IMG/VR virus record: IMGVR_UViG_3300035670_000141
Location: 11,883 to 75,882 of that record
DNA from: a virus
Reading direction: 5' to 3' (one strand)
Length of the DNA: 64,000 nt
The position numbers and the translations under genes were made by a program. Of the stretch, positions 40,449 to 51,409 are shown piece by piece. The notes below the pieces were generated by a model. It worked only from the letters and a program-made list of their open reading frames with translations, did no database searches and was not told the DNA's origin. The first letter of the stretch is position 1. Each line of letters begins with the position of its first letter.

Positions 40449-40521
40449 TAGTGGCTAAGGGGATCGAACCCTTCTGTCATGCCTTATGAGGGCAGTGCAT
40501 TCGCCAGATTGCTAAGCCACT
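40449..40521 (-). tRNA. tRNA-Met/Ile2(CAT)
   Basis: AGTGGCTTAGCAATCTGGCGAATGCACTGCCCTCATAAGGCATGACAGAAGGGTTCGATCCCCTTAGCCACTA. Confidence 0.85.
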
Positions 40522-41286
40522 GCTTTAATCATGATGATTAAGCTATATTTAACCGGTTGGACTGCATGGATGTAATACAATACAAAGTGTTGCCTTACCG
40601 TTAATTGTAACCGTAGATTTTGAAAGTGTATAATCTTCTAAGCTTAGATCAGATATACCTTCTGCATCTGGAATGTTTTCTGGTATTAAATAATACCTTG
40701 CGCCATCTTTTGATGCAGTTGTGATGATTCTCATTGAGTTAAGTAGTGCAAGACCTGGATAAAGATTGCTATTACAAGGCCAAGTCCTAGTAAAGATTTT
40801 TTAATAGCACGATCTATGGGAAGCTCGGAAACAAAAAAACCAAGAATTACATTTGACAATTGAACAATTAGAAGTGTTGAAGTTAAATCATTCATGGTTT
40901 TACTTCATTTGTTATTGCATTGTGTTTCAACACGAAGCTCAACAAATAGCGCATCCCACATTGTAGCCTTTGGCCCTGTGGTAAACCTATTAAATGCAGC
41001 GGCTTCATTTGTTGCTTTGAATACGTTAACTAAAAACACAAATGAAAGAAACAAAGCAATTACAGCATCAATAAATTTGGATGACTCCATGGTCAGCAAA
41101 ACAAAAAGGCAACTGCATCATAGCGGTCGTCATTCTGCTTTAGGTGTAGTCGTTACAAATTGTTATGTGATCTAAAAACCTGCTAAAATAAAAGACCCAC
41201 GGTTTGCGCCGTGGGTCGGATGCTCCCGATTCAGTTTTGCCGACCGATGAGAGAGCTGCCTGAAACGAAACTTGCATTATTTTAGC

Positions 41287-42483
41287 ATGGAATCTGAATT
41301 TACTGGCCAAAGGCCAAATTTTACAGCATTGCCAAATTGGCTGCGTGGCAAAACCACGCCTCAGGAACTGGCCACATTATGGGCACTGCAGAGCCACTTC
41401 CCGAACATTTATCCATCGCTGAATTTACTGGCCGCAGAGACCGGCATGAGCCGCCGCAGCGTGGTGAATGTTTTGCGGACCCTAGAGGATCGCGGGTGGA
41501 TGGTCAGAACACGTGTGCGCCATGAGTCTGGGGGGTGCGATCGAAACCGATATGCGTTAACGATTTGGGATCCTCACTGGGCTGTTGATGCTGCCGATCC
41601 CCGCAGTGCACCACGTGCACACCCCCTGGTGCAGGAGGTGCACCACCCCAGTGCAGGAGATGCACCACCCCAGTGCACCACGTGCACCCCCCCTAGTGCA
41701 CCACGTGCACTCAAAGAAGAACAATTCAAGAAGAGCAAGAAAAGAAACTTAGAAAAAACCCCCTTGTGTTCCCCCTTATCGCAAGATGTCGCTGACCGCC
41801 GACCTACGGTCAGCGACACACCAGTACAAAATCACTACCAACCTGTGGAAAAACCTGTGGAAAACCTTGTTTTGGACACTTTTCTGATCAGCGACGCATC
41901 ATTTCCGACCCCGGAAGCCCCGGAAAGGCGCCCAGAATCGCCTGTAGCCGCCCAACCGCAACCGCAGCAGCCCATGACACCCTGGGGACAGCCAAGACCC
42001 CTTCCAGCCCCCTCAGAGCAGGGTGAGAAAAAATCCCGCCCTACAGCCAAGGCTGCAAAATTCCAGCCTTCTAGTACAGATGTCCCAACTAACTTGCTGC
42101 CGGTATCTGAAAAAATTATAGAATTTTGGGGCAACAAGGCAGGAGAAAAGACTAAGCAATCATGGTCTTATCTCATGCGAGAATTAACAAAAATACAGGA
42201 TTATGTAAGCGGCGGAACTGATAGCGTACGCGAGCAATTACAACAGGGGATTGATGCAAAGATCAACGGTAAAGGTTGGCGCAGTATTACATTAAATAAC
42301 TTTATCAGATATGGCCTTGTTTCACAACAAAAAGCCAGCACAAGATATGGGCGAAAAGATGTTATTGAAAAAGTTCATGAAACTTCACAAATGATTGCAA
42401 TGCTTCGTAATCAACAATCCCAACAAGAGGCGGAATTTTTTGGTAGCATAAGCGGCGTACCATCTTTGAAGAGTGCTGTTTAA
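41287..42483 (+). CDS. Replication initiator (lambda O-like, N-terminal wHTH)
   Basis: FTALPNWL...IYPSLNLLAAETGMSRRSVVNVLRTLEDRGW; internal iterons. Confidence 0.8.
   Translation: MESEFTGQRPNFTALPNWLRGKTTPQELATLWALQSHFPNIYPSLNLLAAETGMSRRSVVNVLRTLEDRGWMVRTRVRHESGGCDRNRYALTIWDPHWAVDAADPRSAPRAHPLVQEVHHPSAGDAPPQCTTCTPPSAPRALKEEQFKKSKKRNLEKTPLCSPLSQDVADRRPTVSDTPVQNHYQPVEKPVENLVLDTFLISDASFPTPEAPERRPESPVAAQPQPQQPMTPWGQPRPLPAPSEQGEKKSRPTAKAAKFQPSSTDVPTNLLPVSEKIIEFWGNKAGEKTKQSWSYLMRELTKIQDYVSGGTDSVREQLQQGIDAKINGKGWRSITLNNFIRYGLVSQQKASTRYGRKDVIEKVHETSQMIAMLRNQQSQQEAEFFGSISGVPSLKSAV
41606..41864. other. Replication origin: 5 iterons, A-rich tract, 2 DnaA-like boxes
   Basis: GTGCA(CCAC/GGAG)RTGCAC at 41606, 41629, 41651, 41673, 41696; TGTGGAAAA at 41844 and 41856. 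Confidence 0.75.
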
Positions 42484-42510
42484 TGGTCAAATCTTGCAAC
42501 AATTCCCTGC

Positions 42511-43203
42511 ATGATTAGTGAGCAAGAATTTACAAGTTCTCTAGTATGTGCGCTAGAGATGCTGCCAATGATGAGGCAATTGTCACCGATGACATTAGCA
42601 ACAATTTATGTTCAACTTCCAAAAAAGGTAATACAAGAATTAAGCTTAATGATAATGCAATATGCAATTAAGCAGCGGATGATAGATCCCTATCCACCAA
42701 AGGATATGGCTTTTCACATGCAGTTATTTAGATATATTTATCCCATCGAAGATGATATAGCAATTTTAGCATGTGGTTTAAGACAGGATCTAAAAGATCG
42801 AATGTCTAATCCTAACATCTTTCATGATCCATCACCAAAACGCGAGGAATTTATGTCACGCAGTCATGATGATTTTCGCCTTCCGTCTAGTGCGTATTGG
42901 CATCCAAGCAGGATGACAATTGATGAGTGGCGTAAGCATTTTAAGACTTTACAAGTACAGGTTTCATTAGTGAGTGAAGAAAATATAGAGCCCATGGCAA
43001 TAGAACAATTGCTTCAGGGTAAGAAATTATATGAGCAGGCATTAGCAGGCTTTTGGTTATTAAATATAGATGAAGGAAAAATTGCAACGAATTGGATTGC
43101 TCGTAACAAAAATTTAGCGCAAGAAATGTTAACTGATGCGATGAATGCAAAGATAGGAGTTGAGCAGGTTATTACAACAGAAGGAGATGAAGTGCCATGG
43201 TGA
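42511..43203 (+). CDS. Hypothetical protein, possibly helicase loader
   Basis: Position after the initiator only. Confidence 0.4.
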   Translation: MISEQEFTSSLVCALEMLPMMRQLSPMTLATIYVQLPKKVIQELSLMIMQYAIKQRMIDPYPPKDMAFHMQLFRYIYPIEDDIAILACGLRQDLKDRMSNPNIFHDPSPKREEFMSRSHDDFRLPSSAYWHPSRMTIDEWRKHFKTLQVQVSLVSEENIEPMAIEQLLQGKKLYEQALAGFWLLNIDEGKIATNWIARNKNLAQEMLTDAMNAKIGVEQVITTEGDEVPW

Positions 43204-43790
43204 TAATTGAAGGTGATGATATAAAACCAATCCCTGAAGATGGTGTTTATATCGCAGGCGAAAAAATCTTAATGCCTACGATGCAAATTATATCTGATGC
43301 TTATATAATACCTCCTACAGCGCCTGGCAGGAATAAACTATTGCGCGCGGCGGCAATTAACTATGCAAAAAATAAAAATTGGAAGCCCGGTAGTGCATTT
43401 AATGAAGTGCAACCCATGGTAGATAATTTATTAAAACATCAACTTTGGGAAAGAATAGAAATAAATAATGCGTTAGTGCATCTTGCGTTGATGCAACATG
43501 ATGCTGCAACAACGGTTGATATAATAGCTAAATTAGGAGATAAGGGATTAGGTATTCTTGCGATATGGCCAATAGGATTAGGTAGGATGCCTAATGAAGC
43601 GCCATGGGCGGAGATGGGAAGCGCTGTAGCACGCTTAGCAGATCGTGGCATCATGATTGATGTTTGTAGTTTAATATGCGTCGGAGAAGATAAGGTACGA
43701 ATTGACCTAAAAAAAGCAGATGATGTATTAAGCTTATGGGTAGATACTATTGCAATGGCAAAAAGGAATTATTTAGCGATGCCAAAGTAG
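43197..43790 (+). CDS. Hypothetical protein
   Basis: 197-aa coupled ORF. Confidence 0.5.
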   Translation: MVIIEGDDIKPIPEDGVYIAGEKILMPTMQIISDAYIIPPTAPGRNKLLRAAAINYAKNKNWKPGSAFNEVQPMVDNLLKHQLWERIEINNALVHLALMQHDAATTVDIIAKLGDKGLGILAIWPIGLGRMPNEAPWAEMGSAVARLADRGIMIDVCSLICVGEDKVRIDLKKADDVLSLWVDTIAMAKRNYLAMPK

Positions 43791-43879
43791 CAACTTAAGC
43801 TTCATGATTAAGATATGTTACAAAAGCTATAGGTTAGATATGGTCACACTAGATTTACGAGGTACCTCTTTTCCTTTTT

Positions 43880-44743
43880 ATGAGCGACGCATCAATTGTT
43901 TCATTTGACCCAAAGCTTGAACATGTAGATGTATTTGGATCAGTAATTTCTAAAGTTACTAGGCATAAGTGGAGTCAGCTAGGAAAACCAGGGATGTTCC
44001 TTATGATACATAAAGAAAATCTAGTCATAGATAGAACATATCAAAGATCAGTATCTGACAGCAAAATTCTTTCAATTGCTGCAAATTGGAAATGGGAATC
44101 ATGCGGAGCAATTTCAGTAATGAAAAGACAGGATGATAGGTTTATTGTGATAGATGGGCAAAATAGAACATTAGCAGCATGGAAGAGAGCAGATATTATA
44201 TATCTGCCGTGTATGGTATTTGAATCGCAAGGAATCCAACATGAAGCGTCATCTTTTGTAGAAATAAATACTAATCGAAAACCAGTGCTAGCTTATGATA
44301 AATTCAAGGCACAACTTGTTGCTAGAGATGCCGTATCAATTGAAATTGCAAGTGCTATTGAAGAAAATGGCTTTATTCTTAGGGCTAACAGCGATAATGC
44401 AAGAACAATCACTTGTATTGCCGCTTGTCAAAGCGTATACCATTCAAATCCAAGTAAATTTAGACTTATATTGAAAACTGCATGTGATTTGGCAATTGAA
44501 GATAGTTGCGTAGTAAGCAACATTTTATTGCAGGGATTAGCGGAATTAAATAAGAAGATTGAAAATGGGCTTTTGAATGTTAAGTTGAACAAACGTTTGC
44601 ATGAAGTTGGCGCACAAGCGCTTGTTGTTCAAGCCAGGAAAGAATCCTATCGAGTTGGTAAAGGTGGTGCTAAAATATGGGCTAGCGGCATGCTTCAAGT
44701 TATCAATCGTAAGCGTGGTGTTGAATTTACATTTTTAGAATGA
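43880..44743 (+). CDS. ParB-like (DUF6551-type) protein
   Basis: LVIDRTYQR...VIDGQNRTLAA...EASSFVEINTNRK. Confidence 0.7.
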   Translation: MSDASIVSFDPKLEHVDVFGSVISKVTRHKWSQLGKPGMFLMIHKENLVIDRTYQRSVSDSKILSIAANWKWESCGAISVMKRQDDRFIVIDGQNRTLAAWKRADIIYLPCMVFESQGIQHEASSFVEINTNRKPVLAYDKFKAQLVARDAVSIEIASAIEENGFILRANSDNARTITCIAACQSVYHSNPSKFRLILKTACDLAIEDSCVVSNILLQGLAELNKKIENGLLNVKLNKRLHEVGAQALVVQARKESYRVGKGGAKIWASGMLQVINRKRGVEFTFLE

Positions 44744-45033
44744 GATTAGTACGATGAGCTTGTTTGATGATTTCATTACTGAAAATACTTCAGAGGATCT
44801 AATGTGGCAAATCATCGAAGATTATGATTTGTTTGTAGAGCAAGGGCATATAGGATCTTGCTTGCTAAGGACTTATGCGAGTGAAATACAAAAAATACAA
44901 CCTCAACTTAAACTCATGACTAGCCATGTTATGAAAGAATTGTATATAGCATCATTGCGGGGATTGGTACTCAAAAATAAACCTAGCAACACATAAAAAT
45001 TAAGTGCTATAATAACAAAAAGCACTGATTTTC

Positions 45034-45474
45034 ATGGCTAGCATTATTACATTTGAAGTGCGTGGCATGAAACCAGCGCCACAAGGTTCAAAGAAATATG
45101 TCGGCAAAGATCGTGATGGAAGAGCTTTATTGATTGAAACCGCTAAATCATTAAAAGAATGGCGAGAATTTGTAAGGAATACTGCAATTGCGCTTGATAA
45201 GAAAATAATAGAAGGCGCAGTATCTATGAGTGTAGTTTTTATATTACCTAGACCAAAATCTCATTTTAATAGCAAAGGTAAGTTAAGGCATGATGCGCCA
45301 AAATATCATACTACAAGGCCCGATAGGGATAAGCTATTGCGAGGCATTGGTGATGCGTTAACAGGGATTTTATACAAAGATGATTCTTGTATTGTAAGTG
45401 GTCCCACAGACAAGCGCTATTGCGTAGGAGATGAATTGCCAGGTGTTTTAATTGCATTGATTGAACTAGAGTGA
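45034..45474 (+). CDS. rusA: RusA-family Holliday junction resolvase
   Basis: PAPQGSK...RPDRDKLLRGIGDALTGILYKDDS. Confidence 0.9.
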   Translation: MASIITFEVRGMKPAPQGSKKYVGKDRDGRALLIETAKSLKEWREFVRNTAIALDKKIIEGAVSMSVVFILPRPKSHFNSKGKLRHDAPKYHTTRPDRDKLLRGIGDALTGILYKDDSCIVSGPTDKRYCVGDELPGVLIALIELE

Positions 45475-46234
45475 TTTTGCACTATGATAAAACTGGCCTG
45501 AAATCGTGACAGGCGCGACGGTAGGGCTGATCGGGCTTCTCGCAATGGAAGCCCTTGATATTTTATGGATGTTTTGAAATGTGACAACATCAGCAAGGAG
45601 CGATCACCTGCACGCTATTTGTTTTAGTATTGAATTGCATCACACAAGCTGCTTTAACTATGGATCCATGGATTACTGATCGTCTGCCAACCAACCTAGA
45701 TCGGGTGGTGTCATGAGCCGTCATCGAGTCCTTCCTTACTATCGCCGTAGACGGCACAATCCCTGGCGGTCGTTTGCGATTGCCGTCAGCATTGTTCTAA
45801 TGATTGGAGCAGCGTTTAACAAGAACGAATGCCCGGCACCAATGGCTAATCCTCCGAGGTTTCATTAATGTTTGTATCTATTAAAGAAATTGAAAGATGG
45901 CTGCGGGAAGACTATCCTATCGGCCCAGATTGGATGGTCTATCCCGACAAGTCTCATGATGACTTCCAGGGGTTTACACTGGATCAGGTTCATCAGATCA
46001 TCCAAAACGCGCTGTTGCATTACGGGCAGTGTCCCTTGGCCAAGCCGGAGGCCTCCAATGGCTGACGCTCAGTGGCGCCGCCTTGCGCGGGAAGTCGTCT
46101 GGAACCCAAAGGCTTTCCTTGCTGACGTCCTTTCTGGGCTGCAGCCAGTTAACGAGGAATCCTTGGCAACTCTGCCCCCAGTTGAACAAAAACGAATGTC
46201 TAGCACCAATGGCCAATCCTCCGAGGTTTCATCA

Positions 46235-46639
46235 ATGATTACGCCAACAAGCCTACGATCACTTATTAAAAGACTGCGAGATAGGCTGTATGAATACGAT
46301 CAAGCAAATCCTTATCAAGACTGCAGAGCTTTAATTGCGGAAGCTGACGAATTCTTGGCCCAGCCGGAGTCCGTAATACTCCAGTGGTCAGACGAAAAGC
46401 CTCCCAACGAGAATTGCCCCTATAACTACTGTTTTGCCATGACGCCGTTTGGCAGGATTTTGCTTACCTGGAAAGGATGGAAACCACGTCATGATATTGC
46501 CGTCACTGCGGACGAAACACCATTCGGCGAGTTCTTTGATTGTTGGAATAGCGTTGAGGAGGCAAAGGCTCAGATCCAGGCCGAATACAACCGGCGCCTA
46601 GCCGCAGCCACCGCCAAGCCGGAGGCCTCCAATGGCTGA
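46235..46639 (+). CDS. Hypothetical protein (cassette cargo)
   Basis: ATGA-coupled start MITPTSLRS; ends AKPEASNG. Confidence 0.5.
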   Translation: MITPTSLRSLIKRLRDRLYEYDQANPYQDCRALIAEADEFLAQPESVILQWSDEKPPNENCPYNYCFAMTPFGRILLTWKGWKPRHDIAVTADETPFGEFFDCWNSVEEAKAQIQAEYNRRLAAATAKPEASNG

Positions 46640-47015
46640 CGCTCAGTGGCGCCGCTTCGCGCGGGAGGTCGTCTGGACTCCTGAGGTTCATGTCGCTGTC
46701 ACCCTCGCCGGGCTTCAGATCCCTCCAGAGGGGAGGCCGGAAGAATTTCGCAGCCCTTCCACGCTCGTTCACCGAGACAGCGACGGCGTTTTCACCTGCT
46801 GGCGGGGCCTCTCACGACGCGCCAGCGCAATGGACCAGGAGCTGGGGGGCAGCGTCCAGGCCGCCACCGGCACCGAGGTCATCGCAGCCCTTCAGCCCAT
46901 GCCCGCCTATGGCGCCAGCGGCCAGGCACTGAGGGCCTGGCTGCAGCTCTGGGGGGCATGGTCGCCTCCGGTGAAAGCCCCCACCACAGACACAACACCA
47001 CCCATGATCCTATGA
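46632..47015 (+). CDS. Hypothetical protein
   Basis: MADAQWRR start overlapping the upstream stop. Confidence 0.5.
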   Translation: MADAQWRRFAREVVWTPEVHVAVTLAGLQIPPEGRPEEFRSPSTLVHRDSDGVFTCWRGLSRRASAMDQELGGSVQAATGTEVIAALQPMPAYGASGQALRAWLQLWGAWSPPVKAPTTDTTPPMIL

Positions 47016-47861
47016 GCAAACTTAAAACTAGCATGAAAATTGCTACCGCTTTACTATTTCCCTGGTACGTCATTAGGCGCCAAAATCGCGTCATCGAAAA
47101 CTTGAAAGACAAAGTTAGCAGACTGACAGATGTGCTAAGCAATCCTACTCTAACTGGATTGGAAGTAGCTAATAAGCAATTAGAACTAGGCTTGCAAGGG
47201 CCGATGTGTGAACATATGGCTGCGGTATTGGGCGGCTTAGTCTCTGGCTGTGAAGGCGTAGAAAATTATCTTGAATTAAGGTTTAAGACTAGACAAGGAT
47301 TTTTTACGGTTATCATCACAAAACCAGGCGGAGGCCTGACGCCTCATCAGCTCAGGCTTCGTGCAGAGGAGGAGTGCAGCAGGCTTAGTCATAGAGTGTC
47401 TGAGCTAGAATCCTCGCAAGTGCGTGAGGCCCAGCACGAATGGTATCCATGAGCACCACCATCATGACTGCCATGGTTAACACTAACAACCGCATTTTGC
47501 CAATACCAGCGAGAGAGCAGCCATGGAAGCAGAAAGGATGGAGCGACGCGCAAGGCCGATGTTGGTGTTTTGATCGTTACTCGCATTCCCCTATAATGCG
47601 AGTTCACCCAGGCTGGATATACCGCAAGCCTGCGCCAGGTCTCTCCGACACTCATTTTCTCCCCCACTGGTACTTGCTTTTGCCTGACCCCGATCATGAA
47701 GATGAGACTGAGATTGAGTCCGAGTCTAATCAAGCAACAATTTTAATTCCCTGGCTTCTGCAAATGGCTATACAAGCCGCCAACAACAATCAGTCTTGTG
47801 CTGCCAGTCGATTCACGTTGGCTGCGCAGCTACTGGGCAGTGTCGACCGGGAGGTGAAGCC

Positions 47862-48305
47862 ATGAGCCGCCTTTACTACAGCGACAACGACTATGATCAG
47901 GAAATAGGCGTGGCCCGTGGTCGGCGGCTCAGCGCGATTCGCAGCCAACGTGGCCAACGATTCTTGCGTGATCTGGTGGCAGCTCTGGATGCTTTGCCTA
48001 CGCCCGAACTGCACAGCGGTGCCCTAGAAGACTCAAAGACAGGCTGTTGTTGCGCTTTTGGGGCAGTCCGTCGACTAAGGGGAGTGGAGAGCGTAAAGTT
48101 GTGGTTTCATCCAGAGGATGAGGACATTACGCCTGACAGTTTAGCGGAGCCGTTTGACGTAAGCCCGACGCTGGCCTGGGCCGTGGTTCAGGCCAATGAG
48201 GACATGCACGAAGACAATTCCGAACAAGGCCGCCGCCGCCGATGGGCCGAGGTCAGGGACTGGGCCGTGCGCCATTTGCTGCCCGACAAAAAGGTTAATA
48301 CATGA
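47862..48305 (+). CDS. Conserved phage hypothetical protein
   Basis: SAIRSQRGQRFLRDLVAALDALP; GGAGGTG RBS. Confidence 0.65.
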   Translation: MSRLYYSDNDYDQEIGVARGRRLSAIRSQRGQRFLRDLVAALDALPTPELHSGALEDSKTGCCCAFGAVRRLRGVESVKLWFHPEDEDITPDSLAEPFDVSPTLAWAVVQANEDMHEDNSEQGRRRRWAEVRDWAVRHLLPDKKVNT

Positions 48306-48920
48306 GTAACTTTGGCTGGTTTTTTGCTGGTATGTGCATAGCTTTTGGGGGGCAATTACTGGGGATGCTGTGGCTGGCCAAGCAGCGGCAGCGCTTCAGC
48401 CGGTACAGGCCCCCTCGTAGCCGACCCATGCCCTGCCAAGGAAGTGGCAACGGCCACGGTGGACCCAGCACCGCAAAGCCACCACTGGGTCTCCGGCCAC
48501 GGTTCATCGCAGATGAAGAACGCCTGCGCGAGGTTGCTGATGCCATAACTCGCTATCGAGTGGCCGGCAAGCCGGTTCCTGTTGAGTGGCTTAGAGAGCA
48601 TGACGAGCTGGGATACAGATTGCAGCACACATGGGACAAGCCACAGCCCCATGGCGGGCGCACTGTGGGGCCTGAACTATGACCCACTACGTAATCATCG
48701 ACCCCAACCGCCAGCCACCACAGATTCGCTGTCTGCATTGCGGGTTCGCTCAGGATCTGCAGCTCCCCATGGCGATCGACGACCTGATGAACATGTCGGA
48801 GAAAATCGACGCCGAACACAAAAAATGCAAGCAAGCCACATCATCACGCGGTACAAATTAAATAGAAAACATTATATTAAATAATCATAACACGCCTAAA
48901 TCTATTGATCCACAAAACAA

Positions 48921-49346
48921 ATGAGCATTGAGTATTACCTTCTCAAAAATGTATGTCCACATTGTGGCACACCAGAAAAGAAAATCAAAATTGGAACATC
49001 AAGTTCTAGTTGGTGTTTTGGATTGCATGTGATGCCACATCTTGGTATTAAATCGCTAGAAGATTGGATAGTATTATTCAACGATCGGGTTAACTTAATC
49101 AAGAATGAATATGACGATATTGTAAGCGCAGATGAAATGATAGGTCTTATCACGAAAAGATTTTGGCAGCCGACTGCTAATCCTGCGTATCCCAGAGATA
49201 ATAATTGGTATAAAAATAATCATGCATTACCAGGCCCCAATGGTTTAGCCAGACATAAGATAGACGGATCCTATATTGTTGGTCATGGTGAAGGAACATG
49301 GGATTATATCCTTAATCAAGAATCAGGGAAATATGAAAGTTGGTAA
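48921..49346 (+). CDS. Conserved phage hypothetical protein
   Basis: CPHCG...IGTSSSSWCFGL. Confidence 0.6.
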   Translation: MSIEYYLLKNVCPHCGTPEKKIKIGTSSSSWCFGLHVMPHLGIKSLEDWIVLFNDRVNLIKNEYDDIVSADEMIGLITKRFWQPTANPAYPRDNNWYKNNHALPGPNGLARHKIDGSYIVGHGEGTWDYILNQESGKYESW

Positions 49347-49355
49347 GAGCAAATT

Positions 49356-50081
49356 TTAAGGTGCAAGCTTAGCTTTTTGCCACCTATTTTTATGATACCA
49401 GGCCGCAATTTGAGGCACCCAAGCTTCAAAATGTGGCCACATCAATTCACACATCTGCCGAATTTCTGGCTGAGCATCAAGCTTTGCGCGTAAATCAAGG
49501 AAGTGCATAAATGACCTTACATTAAAACTAACTACAAAATGTTGCCTATAATCAAAGGGCAAAATGCCGCGTGCGTGCTCTTCTGCAAAACCGGCAGATA
49601 TTAAATCGCGATAACGTTCGGCGGTAAGCTTACAAAGATAAAGATCTTTATTGCGCTGATAAGATGTGTATTCATATTTTTTGCCTTGGCGATCTGTATA
49701 ATGACCTAATGGTCGCAAATAGAATACATTTTCAAGATGTAGCTCGCCACTAGCAGCTTTGCAGATACGATCTCCAGTGTAACGCATGGATTGAACATCA
49801 AAACTTATCCCTACCCTATGTGTCCGAGCTTGCTGCATTACAGAGTGAGGAAACCATCCGCAATTAAGTGTGATTTGTGGATGTTCTAGTGGTCCGTGGT
49901 GACCACGTTCTCCTTGAAGTAATCGCTTAACGCAAACTTCCCCAGCCTTAGTTTCATCTGGCCAGCTATCGCGCTCATCGAATACAAAACCTTCGCTGTA
50001 ATCCTGATGCATTGCAGCATAAATGCACTGCTGAGGATTAGGTGTTTGAGCGATGACTTTAACGCGAAAATGTGGATCCAT
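49356..50081 (-). CDS. thyX: FAD-dependent thymidylate synthase
   Basis: GPLEHP, QQARTHRVGISFDVQSMRY, EHARGILP. Confidence 0.97.
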   Translation of the reverse strand: MDPHFRVKVIAQTPNPQQCIYAAMHQDYSEGFVFDERDSWPDETKAGEVCVKRLLQGERGHHGPLEHPQITLNCGWFPHSVMQQARTHRVGISFDVQSMRYTGDRICKAASGELHLENVFYLRPLGHYTDRQGKKYEYTSYQRNKDLYLCKLTAERYRDLISAGFAEEHARGILPFDYRQHFVVSFNVRSFMHFLDLRAKLDAQPEIRQMCELMWPHFEAWVPQIAAWYHKNRWQKAKLAP

Positions 50082-50280
50082 AAAAACTATTAATGAGTTT
50101 TGGTGTGGCAGCGCCAGTCGTGCAACCTATCGGATTGCAGGGAGTCGAACCCCACCCCATGCGCTTATTGTAGCATGTCGATAAAGAAGCTTCTGAGATC
50201 ATAACAAGTTGTTAAGTGTTTTCACTGGTTACGCCCAATCGTCTATGCTTGTAAAGTCTTTCAATTATCATTACATTTTC

Positions 50281-51300
50281 ATGGCTCCCAATCAACACGT
50301 CACATTAACAAGTGATCAGGATGACATTTATCATACATTAACTGCACTTCGCAGTATCAATAGGTTGATAAATCTTCCAGGATGGGATGATGTAGCTAAA
50401 GATAGAAATTTGCAAGGATTAGACTCTCTTGCTCATCAGCTATTAGATGTCAACTGGCAGTATATTGTTGCGGGAATACCTAAATCAACTACAGTAGAAA
50501 TTGAGCGATCTCAATCCTCTCATCCTCCAGAAATAGACATGGTTCAAATTCCGGCCGGCCGCTTCCTCATGGGATCGTTTGCGGGGGAGGCGGGAAGGCA
50601 AGACGACGAAGGCCCTCAGCATCAGGTGAACTTGCAGTCGTTCCTGATGAGTCGCACGCCGATCACTCAAGCCCAGTGGCGGGCTGTTGCGCAGATGGAG
50701 CCGCCGCGCGGGCAGACCTGGCCTGATGAGCTGAATCCCGATCCGGTTGCTGGCTTGTCCGAGCAATTCCGGGGCGACGACAAGCCGGTGGTGAATGTGG
50801 ACTGGCACAATGCGATGAATTTTTGTAACCGCTTGAGCCAACTCACTGGCCGCAAATATACCTTGCCCAGCGAAGCCCAATGGGAGTACGCCTGCCGCGC
50901 GGGCACGACGACACCCTTTGCCTTTGGCGAAACCCTCAGCAGCGAGCTGGCCAACTACGACGCCAGCGTCACCTATTGCAACGGCACGAAGGGCGAGTAT
51001 CGGGAGCAAACCACACCCGTGGGGATGTTCCCGGCCAATGCCTGGGGGTTGCAGGACATGCACGGGAACGTGTGGGAATGGTGCCTGGATCATTGGCACG
51101 CGAGCTACAAGGGAGCGCCCGAGGATGGAAGCGCCTGGTTGGAGGAGAAGGCGTTACAGGAGCCGCCAAGGCTGCTGCGCGGCGGCTCCTGGTTCTCCGT
51201 TCCCCACCTCTGCCGCTCGGCCTTCCGGCTCAGCAACCACCCCGGCATCCGCAGCGGCCTCGTTGGGTTCCGTGTCTGCTGCCCTATTCAATCCCAGTAG
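50281..51300 (+). CDS. FGE-sulfatase/CLec-fold protein 1 (DGR-target-like)
   Basis: LPSEAQWEYACRAG, NAWGLQDMHGNVWEWC, RGGSW...GFRVCC. Confidence 0.9.
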   Translation: MAPNQHVTLTSDQDDIYHTLTALRSINRLINLPGWDDVAKDRNLQGLDSLAHQLLDVNWQYIVAGIPKSTTVEIERSQSSHPPEIDMVQIPAGRFLMGSFAGEAGRQDDEGPQHQVNLQSFLMSRTPITQAQWRAVAQMEPPRGQTWPDELNPDPVAGLSEQFRGDDKPVVNVDWHNAMNFCNRLSQLTGRKYTLPSEAQWEYACRAGTTTPFAFGETLSSELANYDASVTYCNGTKGEYREQTTPVGMFPANAWGLQDMHGNVWEWCLDHWHASYKGAPEDGSAWLEEKALQEPPRLLRGGSWFSVPHLCRSAFRLSNHPGIRSGLVGFRVCCPIQSQ

Positions 51301-51409
51301 TTCATTTCAACCATTACAACAGATTGTTACGACCCTGCCCCGTTGGCGGCAGGGTCCTTTAGAGTAATCACATCGGAGGCAGAGATGCCTCCTCAACTCA
51401 CCCCAGCAA

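Noticed and set aside
45872-46639. 255-aa ORF as a single gene
   Set aside because: Chance read-through across duplicated boundary segments; better explained as separate coupled ORFs
50101-50164. Fourth functional tRNA
   Set aside because: Only a T-arm-like hairpin; no cloverleaf
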